The position numbers and the translations under genes were made by a program. DNA of 60,249 bases, filler included. It is 7 parts of 7 records of this genome, joined end to end, with 100 filler letters (N's around TTAATTAATTAA, not from the genome) between each part and the next. Parts side by side here need not be neighbours in the genome. Positions count along the whole stretch, not along the records: positions 7,753 to 15,914 come from SRR31156797_19482; positions 16,015 to 25,975 come from SRR31156797_19502; 5 more parts are not named here. The stretch is one strand, 5' to 3'. The number at the start of each line of letters is the position of its first letter. The first letter of the stretch is position 1. Under the pieces are notes generated by a model. That model was not told the origin of the DNA, made no database searches, and saw nothing but the letters and a program-made list of their open reading frames with translations. This document shows positions 9,831-19,526 of this stretch, one piece after another.

Positions 9831-10924
9831 TGCCTCCTGGCGTCGAAGGTTATGCGCGGATCGATCAGCGCATAGCTGATGTCGCTTACAATACGCAGAA
9901 TAATTCCCATCAATGTGGAAATATAAAGGGTGCCGAACATCACAGGGTAGTCCCGCTGCATGGTGGCTTCAAAGCCCATCAGCCCCAGTCCGTCCAGGGA
10001 AAAGATAATCTCTATCATCATTGCGCCGGTAAAGAAAATGCCAAGGAAGGCTGCCGGAAACCCGGAAATGACAATGAGCATGGCATTGCGGAAGACATGG
10101 CCGTAAAGAATCCGGGTTTCCGTCAGGCCTTTGGCCCTTGCCGTTACGACATAGAGTTTTCCCAGCTCGTCCAGGAAGCAGTTGCGGGTCAGCATGGTCA
10201 GGCCGGCAAATCCGCCGATCACCATGGCCGTCACCGGCAGGCACATGTGCCAGAGATAGTCCAGCACCTGCTCTATTGCGGACAGGTTTTCAAAGCCCGG
10301 TGAGACAAGGCCCCGCAGGGGAAAAAGTTTCAGCCCGGCCCCACCGGCAAAGAGAATGATAAGGGCCACGGCAAACAGAAAGACCGGTACGGCGGAGGCG
10401 ACGACAACGGCAAAACTTGTCCAGGCGTCAAAGGGGGAGCCCCGGCGGACGGCTTTGGCAATGCCAAGGGGGATCGAGACAAGATAGATGATCAAGGTGC
10501 TCCACAATCCCAGGGAAATGGAGACCGGCAGTTTCTCCCGTATCAGTTCAAAAACCGTCTGGTCCCGGAAAAAACTGGTGCCCAGGTCAAAATGCAGGTA
10601 ATTGCCAAGCATGCGCAGAAAACGTTCCCCGACGGGACGGTCAAAACCATAATAACTGCGGATCTCATCCATGAGTTTCGAATCAATGCCCCCGGCTCCC
10701 CGGAGCAGGTTGTTCCGTTCCGTGCCGGATCCGGTATGGGCAAGGGTGTCTCCCCGGCTGCCGGTGATCCGTTCCATATATCCGTTTGTTTCACCCTGAA
10801 TCCGGGCGATCATTTCTTCCACCGGGCCGCCCGGAGCCAGTTGAACGACAAAGAAGTTGATGGCCAGGATGCCCAGCAGGGTGGGCAGGGCAAAGATAAG
10901 ACGCTTGCATAGATATTGCCGCAT
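9827..10924 (-). CDS. yejB: Peptide ABC transporter permease (YejB-like)
   Basis: VQLAPGGPVE, TARAKGL, HVFRNAMLIVI. Confidence 0.88.
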   Translation of the reverse strand: MRQYLCKRLIFALPTLLGILAINFFVVQLAPGGPVEEMIARIQGETNGYMERITGSRGDTLAHTGSGTERNNLLRGAGGIDSKLMDEIRSYYGFDRPVGERFLRMLGNYLHFDLGTSFFRDQTVFELIREKLPVSISLGLWSTLIIYLVSIPLGIAKAVRRGSPFDAWTSFAVVVASAVPVFLFAVALIILFAGGAGLKLFPLRGLVSPGFENLSAIEQVLDYLWHMCLPVTAMVIGGFAGLTMLTRNCFLDELGKLYVVTARAKGLTETRILYGHVFRNAMLIVISGFPAAFLGIFFTGAMMIEIIFSLDGLGLMGFEATMQRDYPVMFGTLYISTLMGIILRIVSDISYALIDPRITFDARRQ

Positions 10925-12756
10925 TATTGTGAATCCTTTTCAGCCTGGGGGGGTAAGGTGGTTGCCCACCAGCAATCTTCTCCCAGATCGTATCCGGGCC
11001 GGGTATCGGGCAGGCCGAACCCCTTTCGTAACGCCAGGTCATAGGTGGTTGAAATGCCCAGGGGAATCACGTAGTCACCCGCCAGCAGCACCCGGTCCAG
11101 GGCGCGTCCGGCCGCCTGGAGTCCGGCCCGGTCCCTTGCATTGACCAAGGCCTCCACAAGGTCGTCAATGACCGGGTTTTCCAGCCCGATGAGATTTCGT
11201 GCCCCCGGGGACCGGGCGGATTCGGAATGCCAGTTCAGGCGCTGTTCCTGTCCCGGCCACAGCCGCTGGCCAAAGCGAGAGGCAATCATATCGTAATCAT
11301 ACCCCTGGACACGGTGGATAAACTGGGCCGAGTCAACCATGTGGACGCTTGCCTGGATTCCCAGCCGGCTCAGATTTTTAAGCCAGGGCTGGGCAATCCG
11401 CTGCATGGACTGGGAATTGGATAGCATCCGGAAACGAAACGGGGTGTTTTGGGCATCAACCAGTTTTCCGTTTTTTATGCGCCACCCGGCCGTCTTCAGC
11501 AGTTCGGCGGCTTCCATGAGATTGGCCCGGTTGAAGCCGGTGCCGTCGGAAACAGGCAGCCCGGCGGATTTTTTAAACACGGCCGGGGGCAGGTGCTTTG
11601 TATGGGCTACCAAAAGTTCGGCCTCCTTTCCCGAAGGCGGGGCCAGGGAGGCCTGGGCCGACAGGTCGGAGTTACTGAAATAACTGTCACAGCGCCGGTA
11701 CTGGCCATAGAGCAGGTGTTCGTTTGTCCATTCCCAGTCAAAGGCGAGCAGGAGCGCGCGGCGCATCCGCTGATCATCAAAGGGCTTTCGCCGGATGTTG
11801 AAGAAAAATCCCTCGATTCCCTGGGGCTGATCATGCTTTAAACGCAGGATGTCGACTCCTTCTATCTTTTTGAGGTCATCCCAGTAGCGGGCCGAATGCT
11901 CCAGGCGCATGTCATAGAGCCCGGCCCTGAATGCTTCCATGGCAACTGTGGTGTCCCTGAAATATTCATAGCGCAGGGTATCGAAATTGTGCTGCCAGCG
12001 GCGGACGGGAAGGTCTTTTGCCCAATAATCCCTGACCCGCTCATAGACGATATTGCGCCCAAGATCATAGGATTGGATCCGGTAAGGACCGCTGCCCACG
12101 GGGATTTCCAATGTGGTGCGGGAGATGTCCCGTCGGGACCACCATTGTTTTGGATAGACCTGGAGGGTGGATACGATCAGGGGCATTTCACGGGGGGCAT
12201 GGGGGCTGAAGGAAAAACGGACCCGGGAGTCGTCAAGGGCGCTTACATCGGTAACATGCCGGAAAAAACGTCGAAACGCGCTGCCGAGGTTTCCATTGAG
12301 GGCGTTATATGAAAATACCACATCCTCCGCGGTTATGGCGCTGCCGTCATGGAAGCGGGCCCTGGGGTTGATATGGAAGACAATCCATGAGCGGTCCCTG
12401 GGGAATTCCATCTTTTCGGCAATCAGCCCGTAAACGGCATAGGGTTCATCCAGGGAGCGGACGCAGAGGGTGTCATCGGTGAGATGAAAGGCGGCCGCCG
12501 GACGTCCCTTGGCCGTGAACGGGTTGAAATTATTGAAACTGCCGATGGCGTGGCGGCGCAGTTCTCCCCCCTTGGGGGCATGGGGCCGGGTGTAGTCAAA
12601 TTGCGCGAACCCGGGGCTGTATTTCGGGGGCGCGCCAAGGGAGAGGGCGTGGGTCATCCGGGTTTCTGCATGGCGTGGCCGGGCATGGCCGGGCATGGCG
12701 GCGGACAGGATGCAGAACGCCATCAGGATCAAGGATAAAACAGGTAAGTTTTTCAT
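10924..12756 (-). CDS. yejA: Peptide ABC transporter substrate-binding protein (YejA-like)
   Basis: Signal peptide from MKNLPV; FDY..P.APKGG, ARFHDG, LDRVLL motifs. Confidence 0.88.
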   Translation of the reverse strand: MKNLPVLSLILMAFCILSAAMPGHARPRHAETRMTHALSLGAPPKYSPGFAQFDYTRPHAPKGGELRRHAIGSFNNFNPFTAKGRPAAAFHLTDDTLCVRSLDEPYAVYGLIAEKMEFPRDRSWIVFHINPRARFHDGSAITAEDVVFSYNALNGNLGSAFRRFFRHVTDVSALDDSRVRFSFSPHAPREMPLIVSTLQVYPKQWWSRRDISRTTLEIPVGSGPYRIQSYDLGRNIVYERVRDYWAKDLPVRRWQHNFDTLRYEYFRDTTVAMEAFRAGLYDMRLEHSARYWDDLKKIEGVDILRLKHDQPQGIEGFFFNIRRKPFDDQRMRRALLLAFDWEWTNEHLLYGQYRRCDSYFSNSDLSAQASLAPPSGKEAELLVAHTKHLPPAVFKKSAGLPVSDGTGFNRANLMEAAELLKTAGWRIKNGKLVDAQNTPFRFRMLSNSQSMQRIAQPWLKNLSRLGIQASVHMVDSAQFIHRVQGYDYDMIASRFGQRLWPGQEQRLNWHSESARSPGARNLIGLENPVIDDLVEALVNARDRAGLQAAGRALDRVLLAGDYVIPLGISTTYDLALRKGFGLPDTRPGYDLGEDCWWATTLPPQAEKDSQ

Positions 12757-12806
12757 GGCGTCATCCGGGGAAGGGGCGGTTCGTTCCACACGAACCGCCC
12801 TGACGG

Positions 12807-14834
12807 TTAAAAGGAGACGGTGCAGGCAAGTTTAACATCCATGCCCCTGTCCGACCCGCCGCGATAGTTCAAGTACTCACGGTCAAGCAGGTTGTCGATT
12901 CCCAGGTCAAACCGCAGCGCCTGGCACCAGTTGACCGAGGGCTGCCAGACCAGGCCGGCGCCATGGACACCATAGCCCGGTACATGGTCCCGATCCTGCA
13001 TAAGGACATGGTCGGAATCGTCAACAAACCTGGATTTCCAGTAGAAACTCAGATCGTGGGAAGGGATATCCCATCCCAGGCGCAGGGCCAGTGTCTGTGG
13101 GACGGACCCTGTTTCATCGCCTGTATCGTCATCCTCCCCGTCAACCATGCCGTAGGATGCGTCCAGGGAAAACCGGCTGATGCGGTAACTTGCCTCCACC
13201 TCAAAACCGTACCTGTGGACCTCTCCGACGTTGATCATGGTGTAGTCCATGGAGGTGGGGGTGATAACAGGATCGCTACTCGGCGTAATAAAATCATGGA
13301 CCCGTTCCGTAAAGGAAACCACCTTGATGCTCATGGGATCATTCCGGGCGAATACGTTATTGAACTTAAGGCCGAAGCCGGCTTCCCAGGTTTCTGCGGT
13401 TTCCGGCTTCAGGTCCGGGTTGGGCAATACATTGATATCCATTGGAAAATAGGGGGAAGCAGGACGATGCATTTCAAAATAGATATCATCCATTGTCGGC
13501 GCCCTGTAGGTTTCCGCATAGGAGGCGAAGAGGTTCAGCCATTTTTGGGAAGCCCAGTTGACGGTGATGCGCGGAGAAAGGCGGTTGTCGTTCTGGTCCT
13601 CTGCGTCGGTGCTGTTGGATTTGCGGTCATAGTAGGTATAGCGCACTGCCGGCGTGATGGTGAGCTGGTCAAACAAAATCAGGTCCAGACGGGAAAAGGC
13701 GCCCATGTCCCGGGCTTCCGCATCGGGACGGGAGGGATCGGCCTTTCCGAAGTCCGTGCCTTCCTGCTGGTTGAAATAGGCATCCCCACCGATTGTCAGC
13801 CTGGCATCCAATCCCCCGGCAATATTGCCGGAGAAGGTGTTGTAAATATCAAAGCCCATTGACTCAAAATCATCTTCACGATCGCACAAGTCATTGAGCA
13901 TGGTATTGTTTCGCTTGGTATACTGGGCGGTTGCCTTGAGGTCCACAAGGCCGTCGTCCCGGTACCAGTCCCAGGTGCCGGTGACCTGTTGCTGGTCCGA
14001 GCGGTAACGGTAATCGCCGACTTCCAGATCATCCTTGAAGGTGTTCAAGGAAAGGGCGAGCCGGTGGGAAAGGTTGGGACGCATGGAAACCTTGAACAGG
14101 CTGGAACCATTGTCCGCATCCCGGCGGGATTTCTCCTCGCCGTGGGTGGGGGAGCTGCTGTGGAAATCCCCCAGGTCGTGGTAGGTGCCGGATGCGAGGA
14201 AGTCAAATTTGTCTTTCCTGCCATAAACGGAAAGGGTGCCGTACAGGTCTTCACTTGCGGAGCGATAGCCGGTACGCAGGGTTGTGCCGAAATTGCGTCC
14301 GGGCGCAAGAAAGTCCGCCGCGTCCTTGGTGGTCATGGAAATAACTCCACCCATGCCGCCGCTGCCATGCATGGCCGAAGCGGGTCCCCGGAGGACTTCG
14401 ATCTCCTTGAGAAGCCCCGGATCGAGGGGGGCCGGGTTGCGGCCGATACCGCCGCTTCCCCGGTAGGTCTGGCGTGCGCCGTCAACTTTGATGATCAGCT
14501 GATCCTGGCTCAGCCCGCGGATGGATGGCCGCTGGATGGACGGATTGGAACCGTTGTCAAAGTCCACATTGGGGATATCATTGATGGCGTCCTTGAGGGT
14601 GGCGGCCTGGGAGCGGTTGAGCTGCTCCGTATCGATGAGCTGGACGGAGGCGGGCGCTTTGAAGGCTTCCACCTCTCCACGGGTGGCGGTGACAACAACG
14701 GCATCAAGCCCCAATTCAGGGCGCTTGTCCTTTAGTTCTTTTTCGCCTGCGTTCGCAGCTGTCAGCTGCGGAGGAGACAGGGTCAGCGTAAACGCAAACG
14801 TAAACGCAAGTGCTGCAAATTGAATCTGTTTCAT
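12807..14834 (-). CDS. TonB-dependent receptor of the heme/hemoglobin receptor class
   Basis: TonB box DAVVVTATR; plug SIRGL..VDGARQ; YRAP..H..NPDLKPE (FRAP/NPNL-like); C-terminal Phe. Confidence 0.85.
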   Translation of the reverse strand: MKQIQFAALAFTFAFTLTLSPPQLTAANAGEKELKDKRPELGLDAVVVTATRGEVEAFKAPASVQLIDTEQLNRSQAATLKDAINDIPNVDFDNGSNPSIQRPSIRGLSQDQLIIKVDGARQTYRGSGGIGRNPAPLDPGLLKEIEVLRGPASAMHGSGGMGGVISMTTKDAADFLAPGRNFGTTLRTGYRSASEDLYGTLSVYGRKDKFDFLASGTYHDLGDFHSSSPTHGEEKSRRDADNGSSLFKVSMRPNLSHRLALSLNTFKDDLEVGDYRYRSDQQQVTGTWDWYRDDGLVDLKATAQYTKRNNTMLNDLCDREDDFESMGFDIYNTFSGNIAGGLDARLTIGGDAYFNQQEGTDFGKADPSRPDAEARDMGAFSRLDLILFDQLTITPAVRYTYYDRKSNSTDAEDQNDNRLSPRITVNWASQKWLNLFASYAETYRAPTMDDIYFEMHRPASPYFPMDINVLPNPDLKPETAETWEAGFGLKFNNVFARNDPMSIKVVSFTERVHDFITPSSDPVITPTSMDYTMINVGEVHRYGFEVEASYRISRFSLDASYGMVDGEDDDTGDETGSVPQTLALRLGWDIPSHDLSFYWKSRFVDDSDHVLMQDRDHVPGYGVHGAGLVWQPSVNWCQALRFDLGIDNLLDREYLNYRGGSDRGMDVKLACTVSF

Positions 14835-14873
14835 GAATCTGAGTTCCTAAAATCTATTATAAAAAAAGAAGGA

Positions 14874-15731
14874 TTAAATATTGCTGAGGGCTTCACTCCA
14901 GCGTTCCAGGGCATAGGGCAATTCAAGGGGTTCACCTTCACAGCAATGGGGAAGACTGAAGATGGCATGGTTTGCAATGGCAGGCACCTCTGCAACCGGC
15001 GGTGTGTCGGCAATGGCCTTGTAAATGGCCCTGAGGGCCGGAGACGGGTCACCCGTCAAAGCGATGATGTCAGGCGACGCGTCGATGATGCCGTCCAGGT
15101 TTTCTATGACCCGAACGCCAAGGGCGTCGGACGCAGCACCTGATTCTTTAACGGCAGCGCCGACATTGGTGCATCCCATTGGGGTAAGAATGTTGTCATT
15201 GACCTGGCCGCCATCCTCCACAAGCAGATAATCCTCCTGGGTGCCGGGCCGGGTTATCCCTAGCAGGACAAGCGCTTTTTTGCCTGAATTCCGGCGTAAA
15301 TTTTCCAAGGCCTGTTCTAATTGTTTTTTATAGCGGGCAGCGACCCGTTCCGCGGTTGACTTACAATCCAGGATATCGCCCGCATTGAGTATTCCCTTTG
15401 AAATACCCTTTGAAAAATCCACCGTATCCACTGTAAAACCGTCTTCCTGCAGTTCTTCGGCAATGGTTGACGGGTCAAGTCTCGGGTCTCCCGATTTTTC
15501 GAGCACAATGCGGTCAATGCCCATCTTACGGGTCGCACCGGTGAACACCTTGCGTTTGTCGTTCATTACGCAGGATGTGCATTCTATCTGGCGGGTGCAG
15601 GGAAATTTTTTTTCAATCATCGGCGTCAGCGCCGTCGCCATCATTTTCGGGTAGATACCAAAAGAACGCGCCGTATCGACGAGTCTGTCACCGATAAAGG
15701 CTGCATTGATCATTTGGGGAATCAGGGCCAT
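14874..15731 (-). CDS. BtuF/HmuT-like (type III) binding-fold protein, Cys-rich, without an evident signal peptide
   Basis: AAGGAGG RBS before ATG 15731; C-lobe patterns IIDASPDIIAL and VPAIANHAIFSLP; CxxxxxCxxC and CC. Confidence 0.6.
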   Translation of the reverse strand: MALIPQMINAAFIGDRLVDTARSFGIYPKMMATALTPMIEKKFPCTRQIECTSCVMNDKRKVFTGATRKMGIDRIVLEKSGDPRLDPSTIAEELQEDGFTVDTVDFSKGISKGILNAGDILDCKSTAERVAARYKKQLEQALENLRRNSGKKALVLLGITRPGTQEDYLLVEDGGQVNDNILTPMGCTNVGAAVKESGAASDALGVRVIENLDGIIDASPDIIALTGDPSPALRAIYKAIADTPPVAEVPAIANHAIFSLPHCCEGEPLELPYALERWSEALSNI

Positions 15732-15839
15732 GTTTCCTCCTTGAAAGTACATGGGTCGTGTTGAAACAGGTCCATGGGACCATTGTTTTATCAATATAAG
15801 AACCGGCCTGAAACCGCGGCTTCAAAGTCTCCGGTTATT

Positions 15840-15858
15840 GCGAATGAAGTTAGTTATA
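15840..15858. promoter_or_regulatory. Weak Fur-box-like site overlapping a possible extended -10 (TGGTATAAC on minus strand)
   Basis: GCGAATGAAGTTAGTTATA matches 11/19 of GATAATGATAATCATTATC, upstream of an iron-uptake-like operon. Confidence 0.3.
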
Positions 15859-15914
15859 CCAAATAATCTGAGAGGTCAATGATTTTTCGCTGCTTGGGAA
15901 ACATAATGTTATGA

Positions 15915-16014
15915 NNNNNNNNNNNNNNNNNNNNNNNNNNNNNNNNNNNNNNNNNNNNTTAATTAATTAANNNNNNNNNNNNNNNNNNNNNNNNNNNNNN
16001 NNNNNNNNNNNNNN
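15915..16014. other. Artificial contig linker
   Basis: N44-TTAATTAATTAA-N44. Confidence 0.98.
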
Positions 16015-16465
16015 TACCCATTAACGAGTTTTTGCGCCAGGATTTTTCTTAATTTCGGCAAGGGGGCCTGAGGCTGCCGGATCTCAGTCATGATGTACCA
16101 AGAAATGATATGGAGAATCGGATCGCCCTTAATTTACCCAGAATTCCTCTGCAGTTCAAACAGAGATTCCGTTTTCTCAACTGCCAACTTCTAGAAGAAA
16201 CCAATCTCGAAACCGGTTTACTGTTGCTTAATCACAAACCCCCTATTCCTTCATCAACTACTCTTGACATTCACACATTTTCAAATATTTTCCCAAGAAA
16301 ACCATTATTTGATTGACTTCGCCTTAAAAATCTTTTTGGTTAAGCTAAACTCCCTGCTGGAAAGGGGTGGTGTTTACGAGAATAATCTGATAACAAACCA
16401 TCAAGATGGAGAAAGATGCTGTTTACCGTAAATAATATTTTGCTGATGCTGGTAGAGGCTAAAAC

Positions 16466-18109
16466 ATGCATTTCTTTATTAAATCTTACCGATATTTTTT
16501 TTGCGCATCCATCCTTCTTTTCTGCATCCATATTCTTTCGGGATGCAGTGAAGACCCATCTAACAGCAACCATTCAAATGGCAGGAATGTTACACTATTT
16601 GCTCTGGATGAGAATACACGAGGGTGTCTCGAAAAAACCGGATATGTATATAACCTCAGTATCGTTTCAAACAATGAAAACGATTATAAGGCCGAATATC
16701 TGGCCGGTTTTGTTCAAGGGCATCTCCTAAAGGACTTGATACTATCAGCCCGGGATAACCTCTGGGATGTCGCCCATTATGTAGACCCGACACATCATTC
16801 CATACCCCCTTCCCCTGAAGAACTGAATCTCGCCAAGGAGCACATGAAGGCGAACTATGATTATACCACGACGACCTTTTATCGCAACCAGCCTCCTCTT
16901 ATACAATCACAGATGCTGCGGCTCATTTTTCGTTTGTTGGGTGTTTATCACAGCACGAAAAACGCACAACCCTCGGCCCTTGATTTCAGCGGGAATTGGG
17001 TTCCAACCCTGGATTACTTTGCTCCTGAAGAACTGGAATTAGGGTATGAAACAGCAGTGGCTACGTTTCTGGATGTCTATTTCGTGAATGTTTTTGCCGA
17101 CTACCTGGACGCTGTTGAGCCGACCGCTCCAATCCAAAGATGTACGGCTTTTGTCTATAAGACGGACGATGACATCTTCGTCTCTCACAATTCATGGTTC
17201 ATCTTTTTGGACCAAAGCATGGGGCTAACCTATTATATTAATGGCGATTTTTTCACCATGAATTCCGTTGTGCCCGGCATGATCAGTTCAGAGGCCAGTT
17301 TCGGTTATAACAACAAGGGTATCCTGTATGATGCAACCACCATAGCCGCCACGTACACCCAGGCAAAAACGGATCGATTATGGATGTTCTGGCGGGAAAC
17401 GCTGGCTGCACAGTTTGCTGACTCCATGGATTCTTTTTTTGCCTTCCTTTCCCTCGAGGCTTCGGGAACCTACATGAACGCCTACATGGTAGTGGATGCA
17501 AATGAAAACAAAATCGGCCTGATTGAGATGTCCTATGACACCTTTTTCTACTTCAAGCCAAATGACAGCGGCGGGTACGATGTCATCACCAGCAAGCAGG
17601 GAATATCCACGGAATATGATGAAGAGATGTTGCAGCCCGAATACATCCTGGGCTTCAATTACCCAGCATCCATTTATCTTCGTGAAGAGCTTAAAGCCAT
17701 TGAAAACCGTCCGGCCAGGCGATATCAACTCCTTTCGATGATACATACCGTTACAGACATTGAAAAAGCCAAGGATCTTATTACCTATACATTCGACCCG
17801 GACGAGCCGCTCTCCATTTTCGGCCGGTGGGACCTGGGCTACGGCTGGACGCCGACACCGAGAATTATGCCCGAGGGTTCCATTGACGCCAAAGTGACTT
17901 CTGCGTCGATGATGTCATATGTTTCCGAACTCCAGGGGATTCTGGATGTCGACTCACCCCATAAAGCGTTCTGGATGAAGTTCGGCACGCCAATTATCGA
18001 TGGAAAACCGTTTATATGGAGCGAGTCGATCTGGAAGGACCAGAAGCTCAGAAACGTGCCGGATGTGGTGGATGATCATTTTTACTTCCTAAACCTAAAC
18101 ATTCGGTAG
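16466..18109 (+). CDS. Phospholipase B-like Ntn-hydrolase lipoprotein
   Basis: Lipobox LSG-C27; RC226TAFVYKTDDDIFVSHNSW resembles the PLBD-type CSALIK..HNTW autoprocessing site; GTYMNAYMVVD; GSIDAKV. Confidence 0.75.
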   Translation: MHFFIKSYRYFFCASILLFCIHILSGCSEDPSNSNHSNGRNVTLFALDENTRGCLEKTGYVYNLSIVSNNENDYKAEYLAGFVQGHLLKDLILSARDNLWDVAHYVDPTHHSIPPSPEELNLAKEHMKANYDYTTTTFYRNQPPLIQSQMLRLIFRLLGVYHSTKNAQPSALDFSGNWVPTLDYFAPEELELGYETAVATFLDVYFVNVFADYLDAVEPTAPIQRCTAFVYKTDDDIFVSHNSWFIFLDQSMGLTYYINGDFFTMNSVVPGMISSEASFGYNNKGILYDATTIAATYTQAKTDRLWMFWRETLAAQFADSMDSFFAFLSLEASGTYMNAYMVVDANENKIGLIEMSYDTFFYFKPNDSGGYDVITSKQGISTEYDEEMLQPEYILGFNYPASIYLREELKAIENRPARRYQLLSMIHTVTDIEKAKDLITYTFDPDEPLSIFGRWDLGYGWTPTPRIMPEGSIDAKVTSASMMSYVSELQGILDVDSPHKAFWMKFGTPIIDGKPFIWSESIWKDQKLRNVPDVVDDHFYFLNLNIR

Positions 18110-18300
18110 TCTTACACCATGGAGGAACATTGCTTCAATGTTGACTTGTTTCTGGCTTGATGAGGCCAGCTTCTCCTTCAATAGGGAGTTCACTTTCAAC
18201 CTGTCAACAAAGGATGTTCCCCTCCTTTCGATTGTGCTGTGTACATCAACTGCTCATTCGTTAGTATTTCTGGGGAACGGATACCCTCGCCCAGTTTAGG

Positions 18301-19497
18301 TTATCGGGATGTCCATTTTTGACCGGTAATATTCTCGGTCATCTTTCTCAACCCCCATTCCAAACTGTACTTGCCGCCACCACGATCCCATGCCCTGAGG
18401 CCCACCAGAAACAACGCAACACCTGCCAATCCCAGAAAAAAGGCGGAGAGAACACCTAATGCATCCTGGCCCAAAAACCTGCCAGTGACAAAATAGATGA
18501 TCCATAACGGCCAGCAAACAAGCAGCCAGTGAAGAAAATAAACCGTCAGAGAATAGCGGCTCAACCGTTTACACCAGGTAACAAACAACCCGGCGTGAGG
18601 GACGGCGGTTTCTCTTCCATCGTAGTAATAATGCAGTGAAGCGAACAACATCAGGCCCACCCCCATCTGAAGGTAAAACAGGGTTATGGAATCAGGATAC
18701 AAACTCAGGGGAGCGATGTAATCGCTGATGGGAGATGATCCGGGCCTGAAAATGCTGGCATATGAGACGGTTGCTCCGAGGAAGATCAGGAGCAGACCGA
18801 TGAGATGCAGAAAAGGGAGGTCTTCCTTGATCTGTCCGGTGACGATACGCCGCCCGATCACGAAACCGATCAGCGGAAAAGCGATCCAGGGAAAAATCGG
18901 AAATGTTCCGGATACAAAAAAGCCTTTAAGGATCTCATCGAAACGCCAGATCACCTTATAGACACTGGCGGGTTCAACGAGAACTCCCGGCAGATAACCG
19001 GAAAAGAACGGTGACTGAACCAGTTCACCACCCCAACCGACCGTGAAATCCACAAAGCTGCGCAGCCATGGTGACAGAAACGCGAAAGCTGCAGTGACCA
19101 TAATAATCAGCCAGGAGGGTAAAAAACGGCAGAAATAGAGCGCAATGGTGGCCGAACCAATCAGAGGCAGGATGTCCCAGTCCCACATTTCCGAAGGGCC
19201 AAATGCCAGGGCGGACTGCAGGAGACCTGCCGCAAATAAATAGGCGCCGCGGAGAAAGGCTGTTTTCATCATGCTGAGCTCACCCGCGCCCTTTTTACGG
19301 TCAGTGGACAAGACCTGGCTTATCCCCACCATCAACAGAAACCAGGTGGCTCCGAGGTCACCGATGAGATGGTCGAAAATAAAATAGAGGAGACTTTCAG
19401 AAGCCTTTTCATCCCCATAAGCGATCATAAAATGGATAATGATCATCAGCGCCAGAGAAAGACCCCGCAGGACATCGATGGATAAAATCCGCTTCAC
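18301..19497 (-). CDS. DUF1624 / heparan-alpha-glucosaminide N-acetyltransferase-domain membrane protein (copy 2)
   Basis: RILSIDVLRG..H, WDILPLIG, FPIFPW, YSLTVYFLH. Confidence 0.82.
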   Translation of the reverse strand: MKRILSIDVLRGLSLALMIIIHFMIAYGDEKASESLLYFIFDHLIGDLGATWFLLMVGISQVLSTDRKKGAGELSMMKTAFLRGAYLFAAGLLQSALAFGPSEMWDWDILPLIGSATIALYFCRFLPSWLIIMVTAAFAFLSPWLRSFVDFTVGWGGELVQSPFFSGYLPGVLVEPASVYKVIWRFDEILKGFFVSGTFPIFPWIAFPLIGFVIGRRIVTGQIKEDLPFLHLIGLLLIFLGATVSYASIFRPGSSPISDYIAPLSLYPDSITLFYLQMGVGLMLFASLHYYYDGRETAVPHAGLFVTWCKRLSRYSLTVYFLHWLLVCWPLWIIYFVTGRFLGQDALGVLSAFFLGLAGVALFLVGLRAWDRGGGKYSLEWGLRKMTENITGQKWTSR

Positions 19498-19526
19498 TGG
19501 ACCTCCTTTGTAAATCCGCCGTTCCT

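Noticed and set aside
16015-16465. Short ORFs upstream of the phospholipase B-like gene
   Set aside because: No motifs or RBS; consistent with intergenic or promoter DNA.
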